Shown here in pieces: positions 25,823-37,700 of a DNA stretch of 64,000 nt (its first letter is position 1; every line of letters begins with the position of its first letter). Under the pieces are notes generated by a model that had not been told where the DNA came from, did not search any database, and saw only the letters and a list, made by a program, of their open reading frames with translations. Where the stretch lies: contig CATNEN010000039.1 of the NCBI GenBank assembly GCA_950097015.1, positions 17,794,001-17,858,000 on the forward strand, read 5' to 3'. Both the position numbers and the translations under genes were made by a program. Origin of the DNA: Macrostomum hystrix. Taxonomy: Eukaryota; Animalia; Platyhelminthes.

Positions 25823-26303
25823 ATCGGCGGGTCGGCCGGCCTAGCCTGCCTGTCTGCGTCCGTTTCCTCTTGCGTATATGGAGCTGAAACTACGCGTGCA
25901 ATATATTATCCTTGGCCGTCATTCCTAATGCTATATAAGCGATTCAGGACTCAAGTGTGAAGTTCTGAGAGTGCATGCATGCCATTATACAGTTAATCTG
26001 TGCTTGCGAGCACACTGCAGTTCGCAGCGCAGTGCAGGTGAGCTAGCTTGGGAGGGGGGCAGCGGTGCAGCTGAGTTAGTTTTCACTCAACACTTTGTGC
26101 GATATAAGTATTTAGCTACAGAGTGGATCTCTCCGTATATGAGGGAAGAAAAGTGTGAGTACGCGACATTAGTCGACCTGCAGTCGGGATTTTTGGGGAG
26201 GGGGTTGAGAAAAAGGGAAGTGAGAGGGGGAATCGATACAGAGTGCATGGAGAGTATGAATAAGGACTAGAACAATATGGGGAGTGAAACTAAGGGGAAT
26301 ATT

Positions 26304-27584
26304 GCTCGCACCGGCGGGACACAACGCCTGTGAGGTATGAGTCAGTCCAGGCCCACGGGCTAAGGTCTGCGATGCCTCACACCTGCAGTCGTTTTTTGAG
26401 CAGGCCTGGCAGGAAGGAGCCCTGTGCCTTCGGGTGCAGGCAGTGTTGGGCATCGTTAATATTTTTTAACTTCGTTAAGTTATTAAGCGTTAACGATAAA
26501 AAAAAGTAACTTTTAACTTTAACTTCCGTTAAATTTTTGATAAATTTAACGGAAGTTAGCAGTTAAACGTTAATAAGCGTTAAAAATCTTCTGTATTGCA
26601 AATGACGATGAATTTCCCCTTTAGCATACTTTTGCCCCTTTTTACAGCACTGCTTTGAAGTTGCACGAAGATTGTAGTAAGTTTCACTCATTTCTTGAGT
26701 TCGTCGCTTTTTCTTTTACATGCAATGTAACGTTGGAAAAGAATCAAAAGATGGAAAAGATTATACGTCACATATATTTCATTTTTCAGCAGAATGTCAT
26801 GCCAGATGCCACTTCGTCACTTGAGTCTTTACTTTCGACTGCACAGAGTCAGATGCTGGTTGCCGCGTAGAAAAGTCAACTGACTCAGCATCTGGTCCGA
26901 TAAAGGCGCTCGTTTAGCACCGAGGATGTCTTTGCACGTGGAGAACATCCGTCGTCAGCCTTGTAAGGGCTGTCAATCCACGCCTGCACAGTGCTGCGCG
27001 CCTTGCTATCTGAGGTCGGCTTGTCAGTCGTGCAGGAATTTGCAGTTTGAATGAGGTCGTCAACAAACTCACTGGCACAGTCGGTAATCTGCTCTGCTCC
27101 GGCAGATGCGCATGATCCTGGGCCACTGCTGGCATCGTCACTCTCTTCAATGCAGTCTTGGATCACAGTGCGTTGCATCATGACTCGGACAGGCCCCGCC
27201 TTCTCAGGATGGAACTTCTGGAGCCACCCCAGCCGGAACTTGGGGTGGAAACTGGCGCTGAGGAGGCAGTCGGCATCGTCGAATGAAGCAGCAAATCGCC
27301 TCTGAATTCAGCAAAAAATTAACGGACCACATCCATCGTTAAATTAGAAAAAAATTAACGAAAAATAGTTAATCCGTTAACCTAAAATTAAATTAACGAT
27401 GGTCCGTTAAAAGTTAAAGAAAAAATTAACGCTTATTAACGCTTATTAACGGATTAACGCTTATTAACGGACCAGTGCCCAACACTGGGTGCAGGAATCC
27501 CTCCACGCTGTCCCGTCAGCTGACCCATGGGTACACGTCCCGCGAGTGTTCAAGGCTGACCCTAGGGCAGCCGGACAGAATGGG
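26304..27584 (+). ncRNA. Predicted HDV-like self-cleaving ribozyme at the 5' end of the LOA-like LINE, interrupted in J1/2 by the hAT
   Basis: P1 GCTCGC 26304-26309 / GCGAGT 27542-27547 (G.U first pair). P2 CCCAT 27524-27528 / ATGGG 27580-27584. P3 GGG/CCC. L3 TACACGT. P1.1 AC/GT. P4 27550-27575. J4/2 CAGA with catalytic C27576. Confidence 0.85.
26441..27487 (-). mobile_element. Non-autonomous hAT DNA transposon (1047 bp) with an internal transposase fragment
   Basis: 12-bp TIR cagtgttgggca / tgcccaacactg. 8-bp TSD ggtgcagg (26433-26440, 27488-27495). Subterminal ttaacg/cgttaa repeats. Minus-strand fragment RFAASFDDADCLLSASFHPKFRLGWL resembles hAT transposase. Confidence 0.9.
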
Positions 27585-28615
27585 CAACAGCGCTGGATGA
27601 CCCATCCAGGGCCTCTAGCCAAACTGGGTACCTCTAGCCCCGGCTGGAGGGAAATGTGCCACCCTTTGACCTCAACAGGGTATGCGGCCAGTCCGCAGCG
27701 TTCGCGCACCTGTGCGTGATCAGGTACCTCTGGCTACGGCTCTGAGGGAATGGTGTTTACCCTGTGACCTTGACAGGGTACGCAGGTTAACTGCGGGTCT
27801 GGCGCTGCTTTCTGCCGCCCTCTAAGGCCCAAGGTCTCGCCGTGCCGAAGGGCGCTTGGCCGGGGAGTAGTCCGGTCTTTAGCGGTTTCTTTTTATTCTC
27901 TTCTCTTTTCTTGTGAGTCACGGCTCACCCTCCTCCCGCTTTCAGAAATGGCTTCTTCTGCTCAATCTTTTAAAGATAATGAAACTGGAAACCCCCCAGT
28001 TGCTCCGGCCGCTTCCAACAGCGCCAACGTCGCCCCACCGGAGGCTACCGGACCCGCTTCCGCCCTGCCTGACGGTAGACCTGTCCCCGGACCCCCAGGC
28101 ATCCGGTCCAAGGAAGCCCGTCAAGGCCGCAACCAACGCCGCAACGAACGGCGTCGGCGACAGCGTGAGAGGGAGGCCGCGGTTCGGCAATCCGCGGAGG
28201 TGGTGCCTCAAGTGGGCGAAGGAGCGGTTGGGCCGAAAGGAGCCACCGCCACCTCAGCCCCTCGGGAAACCGCCTCCGCGGGGTCACCACCCGCTGAGCC
28301 CACCAGCAACTCAAACACCGGCAACGTGGCTGGGCCATCTGGAGCCGCCACACATGCAACGATGGCGAGCGAGGCCTCCATATGCTATTACAAAGTACGC
28401 AATCTTCATATATTCATATATATTCATTTGCATTAGTCTGCCCCAATTCTCGTTCACTACGTTTGAACCATAGACAACCTCCAAGCTTCCACTGTACTCT
28501 ATAACTCGTATTATCAATAAAGCAAGCGCGGGGCTTTGCCCCAAAAGAGAAACTTTCTACCTTACCACAGCAGCAGCAGCATATCCGTTTATATTATTGT
28601 CACTGCCTGACAATT

Positions 28616-28634
28616 TGGTAGCAGAGCGTGGTTT
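28616..28634 (+). promoter_or_regulatory. Primer binding site for initiator tRNA-Met
   Basis: tggtagcagagcgtggttt, 3 nt after the LTR end, complementary to the eukaryotic tRNAiMet 3' end. Confidence 0.85.
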
Positions 28635-28671
28635 ACAAGCCTGCCTACGTGCCCGCCTGTGATCCACAAAC

Positions 28672-31600
28672 ATGTCCAGCCTACGCGCATTCGTTAGCAC
28701 GACCGCCACGTGCTCTGAGACATGCCTAGCTCAACAGCACAGCAAGGAAAAGCTGCGCTGCCAGTACTGCCATACCGTCATATGTCGCCGTTTCGCTGAC
28801 TCAGCCTTCTCTCCTAAGGGATCGGCCAGTAAGGCGGTGTTCGACCTTCTCCTCTCTCGACTCAACGAGGCCTTGGACTCAGCCGGCCCGCAGCCCGTCT
28901 ACAAATGCCCTCTCTGTCCCTCCTCGGACGGCTACTCAGCGCCCTCGCTCTACGAGCAGCTGACAGCCCAGGGACTCATGCAGGTGGACCTTCGCGACAA
29001 GCGTCCAACGCACTTCAAACGTAGCGGCCTCCAGCACGGCATCCGGGCCTCCGGCTCTGAGGAGGGAGTGGAGAGCGCCTCCACACCAGAAGCCCGCGAC
29101 CCAGGCCACGTGAACAACGACGGCGGCAGCCAGCGACGCAACAGCGCCAATCCTGCGACTACATCAGCACAGCCAGCCTCCCATTCTGCCTGTGCCACTC
29201 CGCGGCCCACTACTACAGATCCCGCAGCCGCGCCCGCACACCCTGGCTTCTTCCCACGGTCCAGCCCATCCTACGCACCCGGCGCAGCGCCCGCTGTCTC
29301 TCAGGACTGCATGCAGCAGCTCCTCTACAGCTTGACACAGATGATGCAACAGAACCAGCAGATCCTGCTGCAGGTCCAGGCCCAAGCGTGCCAGCCTTCT
29401 AACTCATCCGTTCCAACCCAACCGGCTCCACGACCCAACTTCTCGGGCGACAGCGTCCTTCGCAACGTCCAGCTCCAAACGTTCGACGGCAGCGACCCCG
29501 CCAGCTTCCCAGCCTTCTGGAGCTCCTTCAACTACCGAGTCGACAGCACCAGTTACTCGGATGTGGACAAGTTCGAGACCCTACGAGGCCTTCTCAAAGA
29601 TGCTGCGCTCAAGAAGCTCGGTGGCCTCGACGCCTGCCAGCCCGGCGCGTACAAGGAGGCCCGTCGCATCCTCGAGCTCAACTATGGCGACCTGCAAGAG
29701 CAGAACAGCGTCTGCTACCGTCGTCTCCTCGCCATGCCGCGTCTGCGTAGCATCGAGTACGAGAGCCTGGAGGACTTCGCCGACGTTCTCCGTCTCACCA
29801 TCGGACAACTCAGTCGACTAAACGAGCCGGCAGCCGCCATGGACGCCTACGCTTTCGCCTTGTGGCCCAAGCTACCGAGCGCCATGCAGATGGATATCCA
29901 AGAGGCGCGCATCAAGGGTTCCAAGACACCCATGCCCACCATGGCCGAGCTACAGGACCACCTCGACACCAAGCTGCGAGCGCTCCGAGCCTCCATTGCC
30001 ACTGCCGAGCCTGCAGCGATCCCGTACGCCGGTGCTAGTCTCGTCAACGCAGCTTGCCATACCAAAGACATCTTCAAAACTGAGCAACGCAACTCCAGAC
30101 CTAGCTGGGACCCTCCAGCTCGCGACAACAACAGTCGACTAACTCGCCGACGCGACGCCAATTGCGTTTTCTGCGACAGCGACACCCACGCTGCCTCCCA
30201 CTGTGGTCGCGTGGTCAAGCCAGATGAGCGACTGGACATCGTCCGACGCAAGAAACTCTGCTTCAACTGCCTGCGAGCGCACGAGGTTCGCAACTGCCCC
30301 TCTCGCTTTCGCTGCCAGGAGTGCAAGGCCAAACACCACACTTCCCTGCACGGTGCCAGCACCCTGGAGACTAAGCCAGCTCACAAGACTGTGTCTACGC
30401 GACAGTCCAAAACTAACTCACACCTCAACGCCTCCAGCGGCACGACTGCCATAGCCGATTCCGAAAGTGCGCCTGTCAATGCCATCTCCTGCATCTCCTC
30501 AACCCAGGACCAACAGTTGAGCTCCACCATCATGGCCACCTTCGCCACAGCTGCCGTCAACCCCGTCAACGGTGCCTCTGTCAAGGTGACAGCCCTCATC
30601 GACGGCGGCTGCAGCTACACGTACCTCAACAATGACATTGCTCAACGCCTCGGTCTCAAGTCGCTCGCTAGGCTGAGCCTCGACAGCTCCGCTTGCCACG
30701 CCGACACCCGCCGTCGCATCCATGCCGACATCGTCCGACTTGAGCTCGCTGCGGCCGACGGCCGCCGCATGCCATTGAAGGTACTCTGCGTGGAGAAGAT
30801 CGCTCCAGCTATCCACGTACCAGCTACGAAACTGCCCAGGGACGTCCAGGCTAGCCTCGCTCACGTTCCGTATGGTATCGCCAACTTACCTCCTGCCAGA
30901 GACGAAGAGGTACATCTCGACCTGCTCATCGGCAACGACTACGCCCAGCTGCTGATCGGACCCAGCATCGGCGCCATCCCGCTGCGGCCCAGGCTCACGG
31001 CCCACCTCACCCCGTTCGGCGCCATACTGAGCGGCTCCCTCGGAGACGACGAGCATCACAGCGGCAACAGCCACCCTCGCGTCATCGGCAACACTCTGCT
31101 CTGTAATAGCCATCCGACGAACCTGGAACAGCTGGTAGACCGGATGACCAGCCTTGAGATCCTTGGCCTGCAGAAGGATGTGGGGCGAGTAAACCTTCAG
31201 GATGACGCGCTCACCATCCGCCTTCTCGAGAGCGTCACTCGCCAGCCAGATGGACGCTTCTCAGTCGCCCTGCCCTTCAAGCCTGAGGCAGAGCAGCTAC
31301 CCACCAACTTCAGCCAAGCCTTTGGACGCGCTCAAGCGACCCACCGCAGACTGACGCTGGCCCAACGCGAGCAATACTACGCAGAGTTCAAGAAGAGAAA
31401 AGAGGAAGGTGTTATTGAGATCGTGGACGGAGGCAAGCCTGCAGGGTCCATAGTACACGTGCTCCCACACTTTCCAGTCGTCAAGGAGTCGTCCAACACC
31501 ACCAAGATCCGGCCAGTAGTGGATGCTTCCGCTCCCACATCACTTGGTGGCCGCTCCCTCAACGACCTGCTGGAAACCGGGCCTAACTTACTCACAAGCC

Positions 31601-34600
31601 TCCTGCAAGTGCAACTACGTCTCCGCATCTTCCGGTATGCCTGCATCAGCGACCTGCAGTCCGCCTTCTATCAAATCGCCGTCCACCCTAGCTGTCGTGA
31701 CGCGCTCCGCATCATTCTGCCGAAAGACATCAGCAAGCCACTGACCCAGGATAACTTCCAACTATGGCGGTTTACCAGAGTCGTGATGGGAGCCAGCCCG
31801 TCTCCATGGATCCTTCTCGCCATCATTCACAAGCTCTGTCTGGACGCCTCCCAATCCTGCAACTTCGGTCTCACAGACAATGAGGTGGAGTCGATTCCAT
31901 CGGGCCTGTACGTGGACAACTTGGTGCAGGGCTACGACGACAAAGGGACAGGCCCTCGCCTGATCAAGGGCCTTCGCTCGCTGTTCAAGTCTGCCGGATT
32001 TCATCTGCGGGAGTTCGCTGCCAATGACTCCGACGCTCTGAAGGAGCTCCCTGGGGAGGACCGAATCTCAAGTCCCTCCGTTCAGTGCCTTGGCATCTCC
32101 TGGGACGTTCAACAGGACACGCTGCACTTGAGCAAGCCGGAGATCCCTGCGGACAGCGCCCTCACCCGGTCCAGTCTCCTCAGCGCGATCTCGAAGCCTT
32201 ACGACCCGTTCGGCTGCGCGGCTCCGCTTCTCCTCGCCGGACGCCTGCTCTACAATGCCGCCTTCGACTCAGGTGACCCGTGGGACAAGCCTGCTGACTC
32301 GGACACCATCAAAGCCTGGAGCAAACTCCGAGAGGACTTCATCCAGATTGACCGCATTGCCATACCACGTCGCTGCATCAAAGACCGTACCAAGCCCTGT
32401 CGTCTTGTCATCTTCAGCGACGGATCACCGCAAGCATATGGCTTCGCCATCTACCTGCAACAGGAACTGAACGGCCGTACCATCTCCAACCTGATCCATG
32501 CCAAGGCCCGTCTCGTCCCGGCCAGGAAGAAGGGTATGTACATCACTGTGCCACGCATCGAACTCTGGGCTGCGCTTATCGCCAACCGGACGGCCTCGAT
32601 CGTCCGCGACATACTGACGCCGGCCGTCAACATTGTCGGTATCACGCACTACATCGATAGCCAAATCGTCCTGTACTGGCTTCAAAATGGCACCAAGCTT
32701 CGCCCCTACGAAGACCGTCGGGTTCAAGAAATTCGGGACTCGGACCTCACCAGCGACCGCCGTTACGTGCCCACCAAGGAAAACCCGGCGGACTACTGCA
32801 CCAAACCACTAGACCTGGCACACCTGCTCAGTTCCAACTTCCTCAAGGGGCCCAGCTTCCTCGAGCTCCCCTTTGATGCCTGGCCTTCTTGGACCCCGCC
32901 CGCTGTGGACGTCAGCCTCCTAAAAAACACGCCGTCGGCAACAGTTAAACACACCCAATCGAACAATCTTCTTGCCTTCGCCGCGAAAATCTCTATGACG
33001 CCGCCTGCAGGAATGGACATAACACGCTACGGCCGCCTGAGCACTTTGCTTGGTGCCACCGCCTACGTTATACGCTTCGCCACTCACAGCAAAGCCAAGG
33101 GAATCCCAAACACATCCGAGCGCGAAGCGGCTCTTCTCCTCTGGGTCAAGTACGTGCAGGAGCTTCACCATCCAAAGACACTAGCAGCCTTTCGTTCCAA
33201 CAACCCAAAGGCGTGCAAGTTGATTCACCAGCTCGACCTCTTCGAGGACCACGACGGTCTTCTCCGCCTCGGCTCTCGGATGGCCAACGCCACTCTCAGT
33301 GTGGACGCTCTTCACCCGTTCCTGCTTCCGCCAGACAGCCGCCTCAGCCACCTGCTCATCCTACACATTCATCAGCAGGAAACGCACGCTGCGGCCTCGA
33401 CTGTCCTTAGTCGGCTACGGGAGCGTTTCTGGGTTCCTCGCGGCCTCTCCACCGTTCGAGCGGCCCTTCGCCACTGTCTAGACTGCCGGAGCTCCAAGGC
33501 GCCTACACTCCCTCGACTACCTCACGGTCAGCTCCCGTCGGAACGCCTGGATTCAAGTCAACCTGCCTTCAGCTCCATTCTGGTGGATCAACTCGGACCC
33601 ATCCATACGTTCGATTCCAAAACCCTCATCGTAGTCAAGCGCTGGGCCCTCGTGATCTGCTGCGCCGCAAGCCGAGCCGTCCACCTCGAGTACCTGTACG
33701 ACTACTCCGCTGATGCGGTTCTCCACGCCTTCGAGCGCTTCTGGGCCAGACGCGGATTGACTGAAGGCACCATCTTCCTCGATCAGGCCACCGCCTTTCA
33801 AGCAGCTGCGCGAGTCGTCGATGGCCTCCTCGCACCAGCCTTCCAGCACAAGCTCTATCAAGATCTTCAGCCATTCGCCGCCTTTAGAAAGCTGCGGTTC
33901 AGATTCGCTCCAGTTCGATCGCCATGGCACCAAGGAGCGGTGGAGCGTCTGGTTGGCCTCACGAAGGCGAGCTTGCGACCCGCCCTCTGGCGGCGACGGA
34001 TTACCGATGACGAGCTACGGACGCTGCTGTGCAAAGTGGAGGCCGTCCTCAACTCGCGCCCGTTGACGGCCCTCAGCAGCGACCCCAAGGACCCAAGGCC
34101 TTTGACTCCCGCCGACATCGTTGCCCCCAGCCCTCGGCTAGATCTTCCAGCCTCAACCGACCACTTTATCCCGGCTCCCGGACAGCCACCTGCGGAGTGG
34201 CTCCGCGCGCTCTACCGCCGTCGGGAGCAGATCATCGACAGCTTCTGGGAGAGGTGGCGCCGCGAATACATTCAGCACCTGCGGTCCACCCACCTGCAAG
34301 AGCGGCGGCGAACTGGCTGCGCCCCCGAAGGGCCTCGCGTCGGACAGCTCATGCTGCTGGCCGACACCACGCCGCGCTCTTGCTGGAAGACCTGCCGCGT
34401 CCTGGCCGTGCATCCTGACTCCGCTGGTGTTGTCCGCTACGTTACAGTTATCACCAGCACAGGTCACGAATCTCAGCGTGCCATCAGCCACCTCGTACCG
34501 CTGGAGGCTGATATGGCGCCTACATGTACATCAGAGAATGACGGGGCCGGCTCGAAAGACCAGCAGCCGCTTACACCGCCGCATGTACGTGACAACACCA

Positions 34601-34701
34601 TGAGCACTGTGGGTGCCACAGCCCCGACGATGGCATCAGCTCGTGAACTGCGTGCTCAGCGGCGACAACAAGTGCGGGACGCACTGTTCAACATCGCGTG
34701 A
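28672..34701 (+). CDS. BEL/Pao gag-pol polyprotein, 2009 aa
   Basis: Gag (FDGSD..FWSSF), three CCHC knuckles, aspartic protease (ALIDGG), RT (TKIRPVVDAS, YVDN), RNase H (FSDGS, AKARLVP), integrase (HHCC, D-D-E: VDQLGP, LDQAT, GAVERLVG). No stops. Confidence 0.95.
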   Translation: MSSLRAFVSTTATCSETCLAQQHSKEKLRCQYCHTVICRRFADSAFSPKGSASKAVFDLLLSRLNEALDSAGPQPVYKCPLCPSSDGYSAPSLYEQLTAQGLMQVDLRDKRPTHFKRSGLQHGIRASGSEEGVESASTPEARDPGHVNNDGGSQRRNSANPATTSAQPASHSACATPRPTTTDPAAAPAHPGFFPRSSPSYAPGAAPAVSQDCMQQLLYSLTQMMQQNQQILLQVQAQACQPSNSSVPTQPAPRPNFSGDSVLRNVQLQTFDGSDPASFPAFWSSFNYRVDSTSYSDVDKFETLRGLLKDAALKKLGGLDACQPGAYKEARRILELNYGDLQEQNSVCYRRLLAMPRLRSIEYESLEDFADVLRLTIGQLSRLNEPAAAMDAYAFALWPKLPSAMQMDIQEARIKGSKTPMPTMAELQDHLDTKLRALRASIATAEPAAIPYAGASLVNAACHTKDIFKTEQRNSRPSWDPPARDNNSRLTRRRDANCVFCDSDTHAASHCGRVVKPDERLDIVRRKKLCFNCLRAHEVRNCPSRFRCQECKAKHHTSLHGASTLETKPAHKTVSTRQSKTNSHLNASSGTTAIADSESAPVNAISCISSTQDQQLSSTIMATFATAAVNPVNGASVKVTALIDGGCSYTYLNNDIAQRLGLKSLARLSLDSSACHADTRRRIHADIVRLELAAADGRRMPLKVLCVEKIAPAIHVPATKLPRDVQASLAHVPYGIANLPPARDEEVHLDLLIGNDYAQLLIGPSIGAIPLRPRLTAHLTPFGAILSGSLGDDEHHSGNSHPRVIGNTLLCNSHPTNLEQLVDRMTSLEILGLQKDVGRVNLQDDALTIRLLESVTRQPDGRFSVALPFKPEAEQLPTNFSQAFGRAQATHRRLTLAQREQYYAEFKKRKEEGVIEIVDGGKPAGSIVHVLPHFPVVKESSNTTKIRPVVDASAPTSLGGRSLNDLLETGPNLLTSLLQVQLRLRIFRYACISDLQSAFYQIAVHPSCRDALRIILPKDISKPLTQDNFQLWRFTRVVMGASPSPWILLAIIHKLCLDASQSCNFGLTDNEVESIPSGLYVDNLVQGYDDKGTGPRLIKGLRSLFKSAGFHLREFAANDSDALKELPGEDRISSPSVQCLGISWDVQQDTLHLSKPEIPADSALTRSSLLSAISKPYDPFGCAAPLLLAGRLLYNAAFDSGDPWDKPADSDTIKAWSKLREDFIQIDRIAIPRRCIKDRTKPCRLVIFSDGSPQAYGFAIYLQQELNGRTISNLIHAKARLVPARKKGMYITVPRIELWAALIANRTASIVRDILTPAVNIVGITHYIDSQIVLYWLQNGTKLRPYEDRRVQEIRDSDLTSDRRYVPTKENPADYCTKPLDLAHLLSSNFLKGPSFLELPFDAWPSWTPPAVDVSLLKNTPSATVKHTQSNNLLAFAAKISMTPPAGMDITRYGRLSTLLGATAYVIRFATHSKAKGIPNTSEREAALLLWVKYVQELHHPKTLAAFRSNNPKACKLIHQLDLFEDHDGLLRLGSRMANATLSVDALHPFLLPPDSRLSHLLILHIHQQETHAAASTVLSRLRERFWVPRGLSTVRAALRHCLDCRSSKAPTLPRLPHGQLPSERLDSSQPAFSSILVDQLGPIHTFDSKTLIVVKRWALVICCAASRAVHLEYLYDYSADAVLHAFERFWARRGLTEGTIFLDQATAFQAAARVVDGLLAPAFQHKLYQDLQPFAAFRKLRFRFAPVRSPWHQGAVERLVGLTKASLRPALWRRRITDDELRTLLCKVEAVLNSRPLTALSSDPKDPRPLTPADIVAPSPRLDLPASTDHFIPAPGQPPAEWLRALYRRREQIIDSFWERWRREYIQHLRSTHLQERRRTGCAPEGPRVGQLMLLADTTPRSCWKTCRVLAVHPDSAGVVRYVTVITSTGHESQRAISHLVPLEADMAPTCTSENDGAGSKDQQPLTPPHVRDNTMSTVGATAPTMASARELRAQRRQQVRDALFNIA

Positions 34702-37700
34702 CTTCCTTGACTAGCACATAGCAGTTGAACTTACAACAATTCCGGACAATTGTCTTACTGTCTAATCAATGTTAGTTGATCCACATCAACAATTCTGTTC
34801 ATCGCTCCGCCCCCAGCCCCTGTCGAATTCCCGAATCCTCCAACTGTTAATCGTTCTGCCCCCCAGCCTGTCGGATTCCCGAATCCTCCATATGCTATTA
34901 CAAAGTACGCAATCTTCATATATTCATATATATTCATTTGCATTAGTCTGCCCCAATTCTCGTTCACTACGTTTGAACCATAGACAACCTCCAAGCTTCC
35001 ACTGTACTCTATAACTCGTATTATCAATAAAGCAAGCGCGGGGCTTTGCCCCAAAAGAGAAACTTTCTACCTTACCACAGCAGCAGCAGCATATCCGTTT
35101 ATATTATTGTCACTGCCTGACACCCCGGCCAGCCAACCATCTACCAAGGCCAAGGAGTCCTACGCCTCCAAGGCCAGTGCCATGCTCCAACCCGCGGTCA
35201 TCGTTTTTGGGGAAGAGCAAGACCTCACGGCCGAGCAGCTCGACAGTGTCTGGCGCATCATCGACGCTGCGCTCATTGACCAGCTCCTGGCAGGCCGCCC
35301 GGTGAGCGTGGTCAAATCGGCCAAAACGGACGGCTGCATCTTCATCTGGTGCAACTCCGAGGAAAGCAGCCGAGCCCTACGCGAACTTCTGCCACAGCTA
35401 AAGTGGCCCAAGAAGCTCGGCAAACTCACCTTCGCCAGCGAAGGCCAACGCCTTGAAACCGAGCGCTTCCGCGTTTGGATTCCGAATGGCAGTGCCATCA
35501 AATCTGGGGATCAGCTTAGGCAGATTCTGCTGAAGCTGCACCCCGACCTTGAGGCCAACGGGCTCCTCCACCATGCCTCCTCCCGCAAGGAGACGGGGTT
35601 CACGGTGATCCTGGGGCTCTCGGGTGCGTGGACGAAGCGCTTGCCGCCAAAGTCTATCATTCACCTTGGTCTAACTCAGCTGACCATCCTCCGCTGCGAG
35701 GAGAGGAAAGCTGGCGAAGCCAAAAAAGCCAAAGCTCCTGAGTCCGGATCCGGGGCGCAAGCTCCTCCGGCGAAGAAGCAGAGGCAAACGGTGGATCCAA
35801 CCCCGGTAAAGCAGCTCGCGCTGCCGAATCCGGACCTCGCGACCGCAGGCCTGCCAGGTCCACCCGGAGATCTGGGCTGGTCCAGCGTGCGCTGGAACAA
35901 GCCAGGACTCTCAGGGCGCACCTTGAGCGGGCCCACACATCGAACGCTCCACCGAAGCAGCCAGTGGGGCAGGAGCGACGAGGAGAGGCGCCGACTGACT
36001 GGTTTGAGGCTAGCACTCACCAGGCGGATCGCGCCATCCACGTTGACCTGACCGACAAGGCGAGCCTGGGCAGTATCGGCGTCACGACGCAAAGGGACGG
36101 CGAGGGAGACACTCATGCTGGGCAAATGCCCGCTGAGGGCTCCTCAGCCACCCTGACCGCCGGGGACGCCGAGATTCCCATGGAGCTTTGTGAGCCTTCC
36201 ATCTCCGAAAAGGAAGAGGAGGAATTGCTACGCGACTCCCCGACTGCGCGGCCATGATCAGCAGTCCAGGAATTAGCTGCCTGCAGATTAATCTGCAACA
36301 CAGCGTCGCAGCTTCAGCTAACCTGATGCGTCAAGCCGAGCTCGACAAGCCGGGTCTCATCCTAGTCCAGGAGCCGTGGACCTCCAAAGGTAAGCCCCAA
36401 AACGTGCCTTCTGGGTACAACTGCTTCTGCGTTAGCCCCCGCGAGGCGAACCGGCCACCTAGAGCCTGTATCTTCGGGGCCAAAACCCTCGGTGCTTGGC
36501 TCAGATCCGACCTGTCTAACGGGGATATCTGCGTCATTCAATCTGAGGATCTGCTGCCTGGGAGAACCACCCTCGTTGACTCGGTTTACCTACCAGGTGA
36601 CGTAGCGGTCGTTCGGACGCTCGGACGCTCACCACCCTGGTCGAACTCTGCTCTGCCAGGAATTATGAACTGATGGTCGCCGGCGATATCAACGCCCACC
36701 ATACCCACTGGGGCAGCACAGGGATACGAGATGTAAACCAGAGAGGCGAAGACCTCCTGTCCTATGTTACCTCTACGACCCTGCATGGAGTTCTGTAACT
36801 CCGGGTCTACGCCTACTTTCGACAATGGACGCTGGTCAGAGGTGATTGACGCCACGCTCGCTTCACCCAAGCTCTTTCAGAGTATCGGGGAGTGGCGCGT
36901 TCTCCCGGAGCCATCCCTCTCTGACCATAAGTTAATTCACTTTCGTGTGGCGAGCGCTCGCAGCCTAAACCACATCACGTGGAGACGGAACGCCAGAAAT
37001 ACTGATTGGGAAGCCTTCAGGCATGCCTTGGAGGCAACCCATCGGTCTTCGGGCCAACCACCCACTATTTCGACGTGCCGAGAGGCGGACGAGTGCGCGA
37101 CTGTTTTAACAGAAACGCTAACCGCCGCCTTCGAGGCTGCCTGTCCCCTAAAAGCCTACAAAGGGAAGACATCTGCGCCGTGGTGGAATCCTCAGCTCGG
37201 CGACCTCCGTCGCAGAGCGAAGAAATTACGCCGCAGAGCGAACAAAACCAGGAGCCCTGCAGACCAGACCGCCTACCTTGAAGCCATCCATGAGTTCAAG
37301 AGGGAGATCAGGACTGCCAAGGCCCAGAAGTGGCGTCAATACTGCGAGGAGCTAGAGGGCTCACGCCCCACCTCCAGGATTGTCAAAGCACTTACGCTAG
37401 ACAAAATGTCCAAGCTCTCCTCGGTTAAGCGAACCGACGGCACGTCAACTGACAACCCAGGAGAAACGCTTGAGGTCATGCTCTCTGCCTTCTTCCCCAA
37501 CGAGCCAACCAACCTGACCACCTCAGACCACACTGAGGGAGGCCGATGCTGGCTGCCTCTATCATCACGGAGGACCGCATCGTTAAAGCGGCCACCTCCT
37601 TCAAGCCTTTCAAGGCTCCAGGGCCTGATGGCATCGTACCTGCCTTTCTTAGAGAGGCGGTTAAATGCCCAGGTTTCCTGCGCTCTCTTTGCAGCCTCTA

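Larger units (their letters stand above)
28375..35122 (+). mobile_element. BEL/Pao LTR retrotransposon; 5' LTR 28375-28612 (missing first 16 bp), 3' LTR 34869-35122
   Basis: LTRs look identical over the 238 bp they share. 3' LTR reads TGTCGG...CTGACA. PBS follows the 5' LTR. Single intact polyprotein ORF. Confidence 0.93.
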
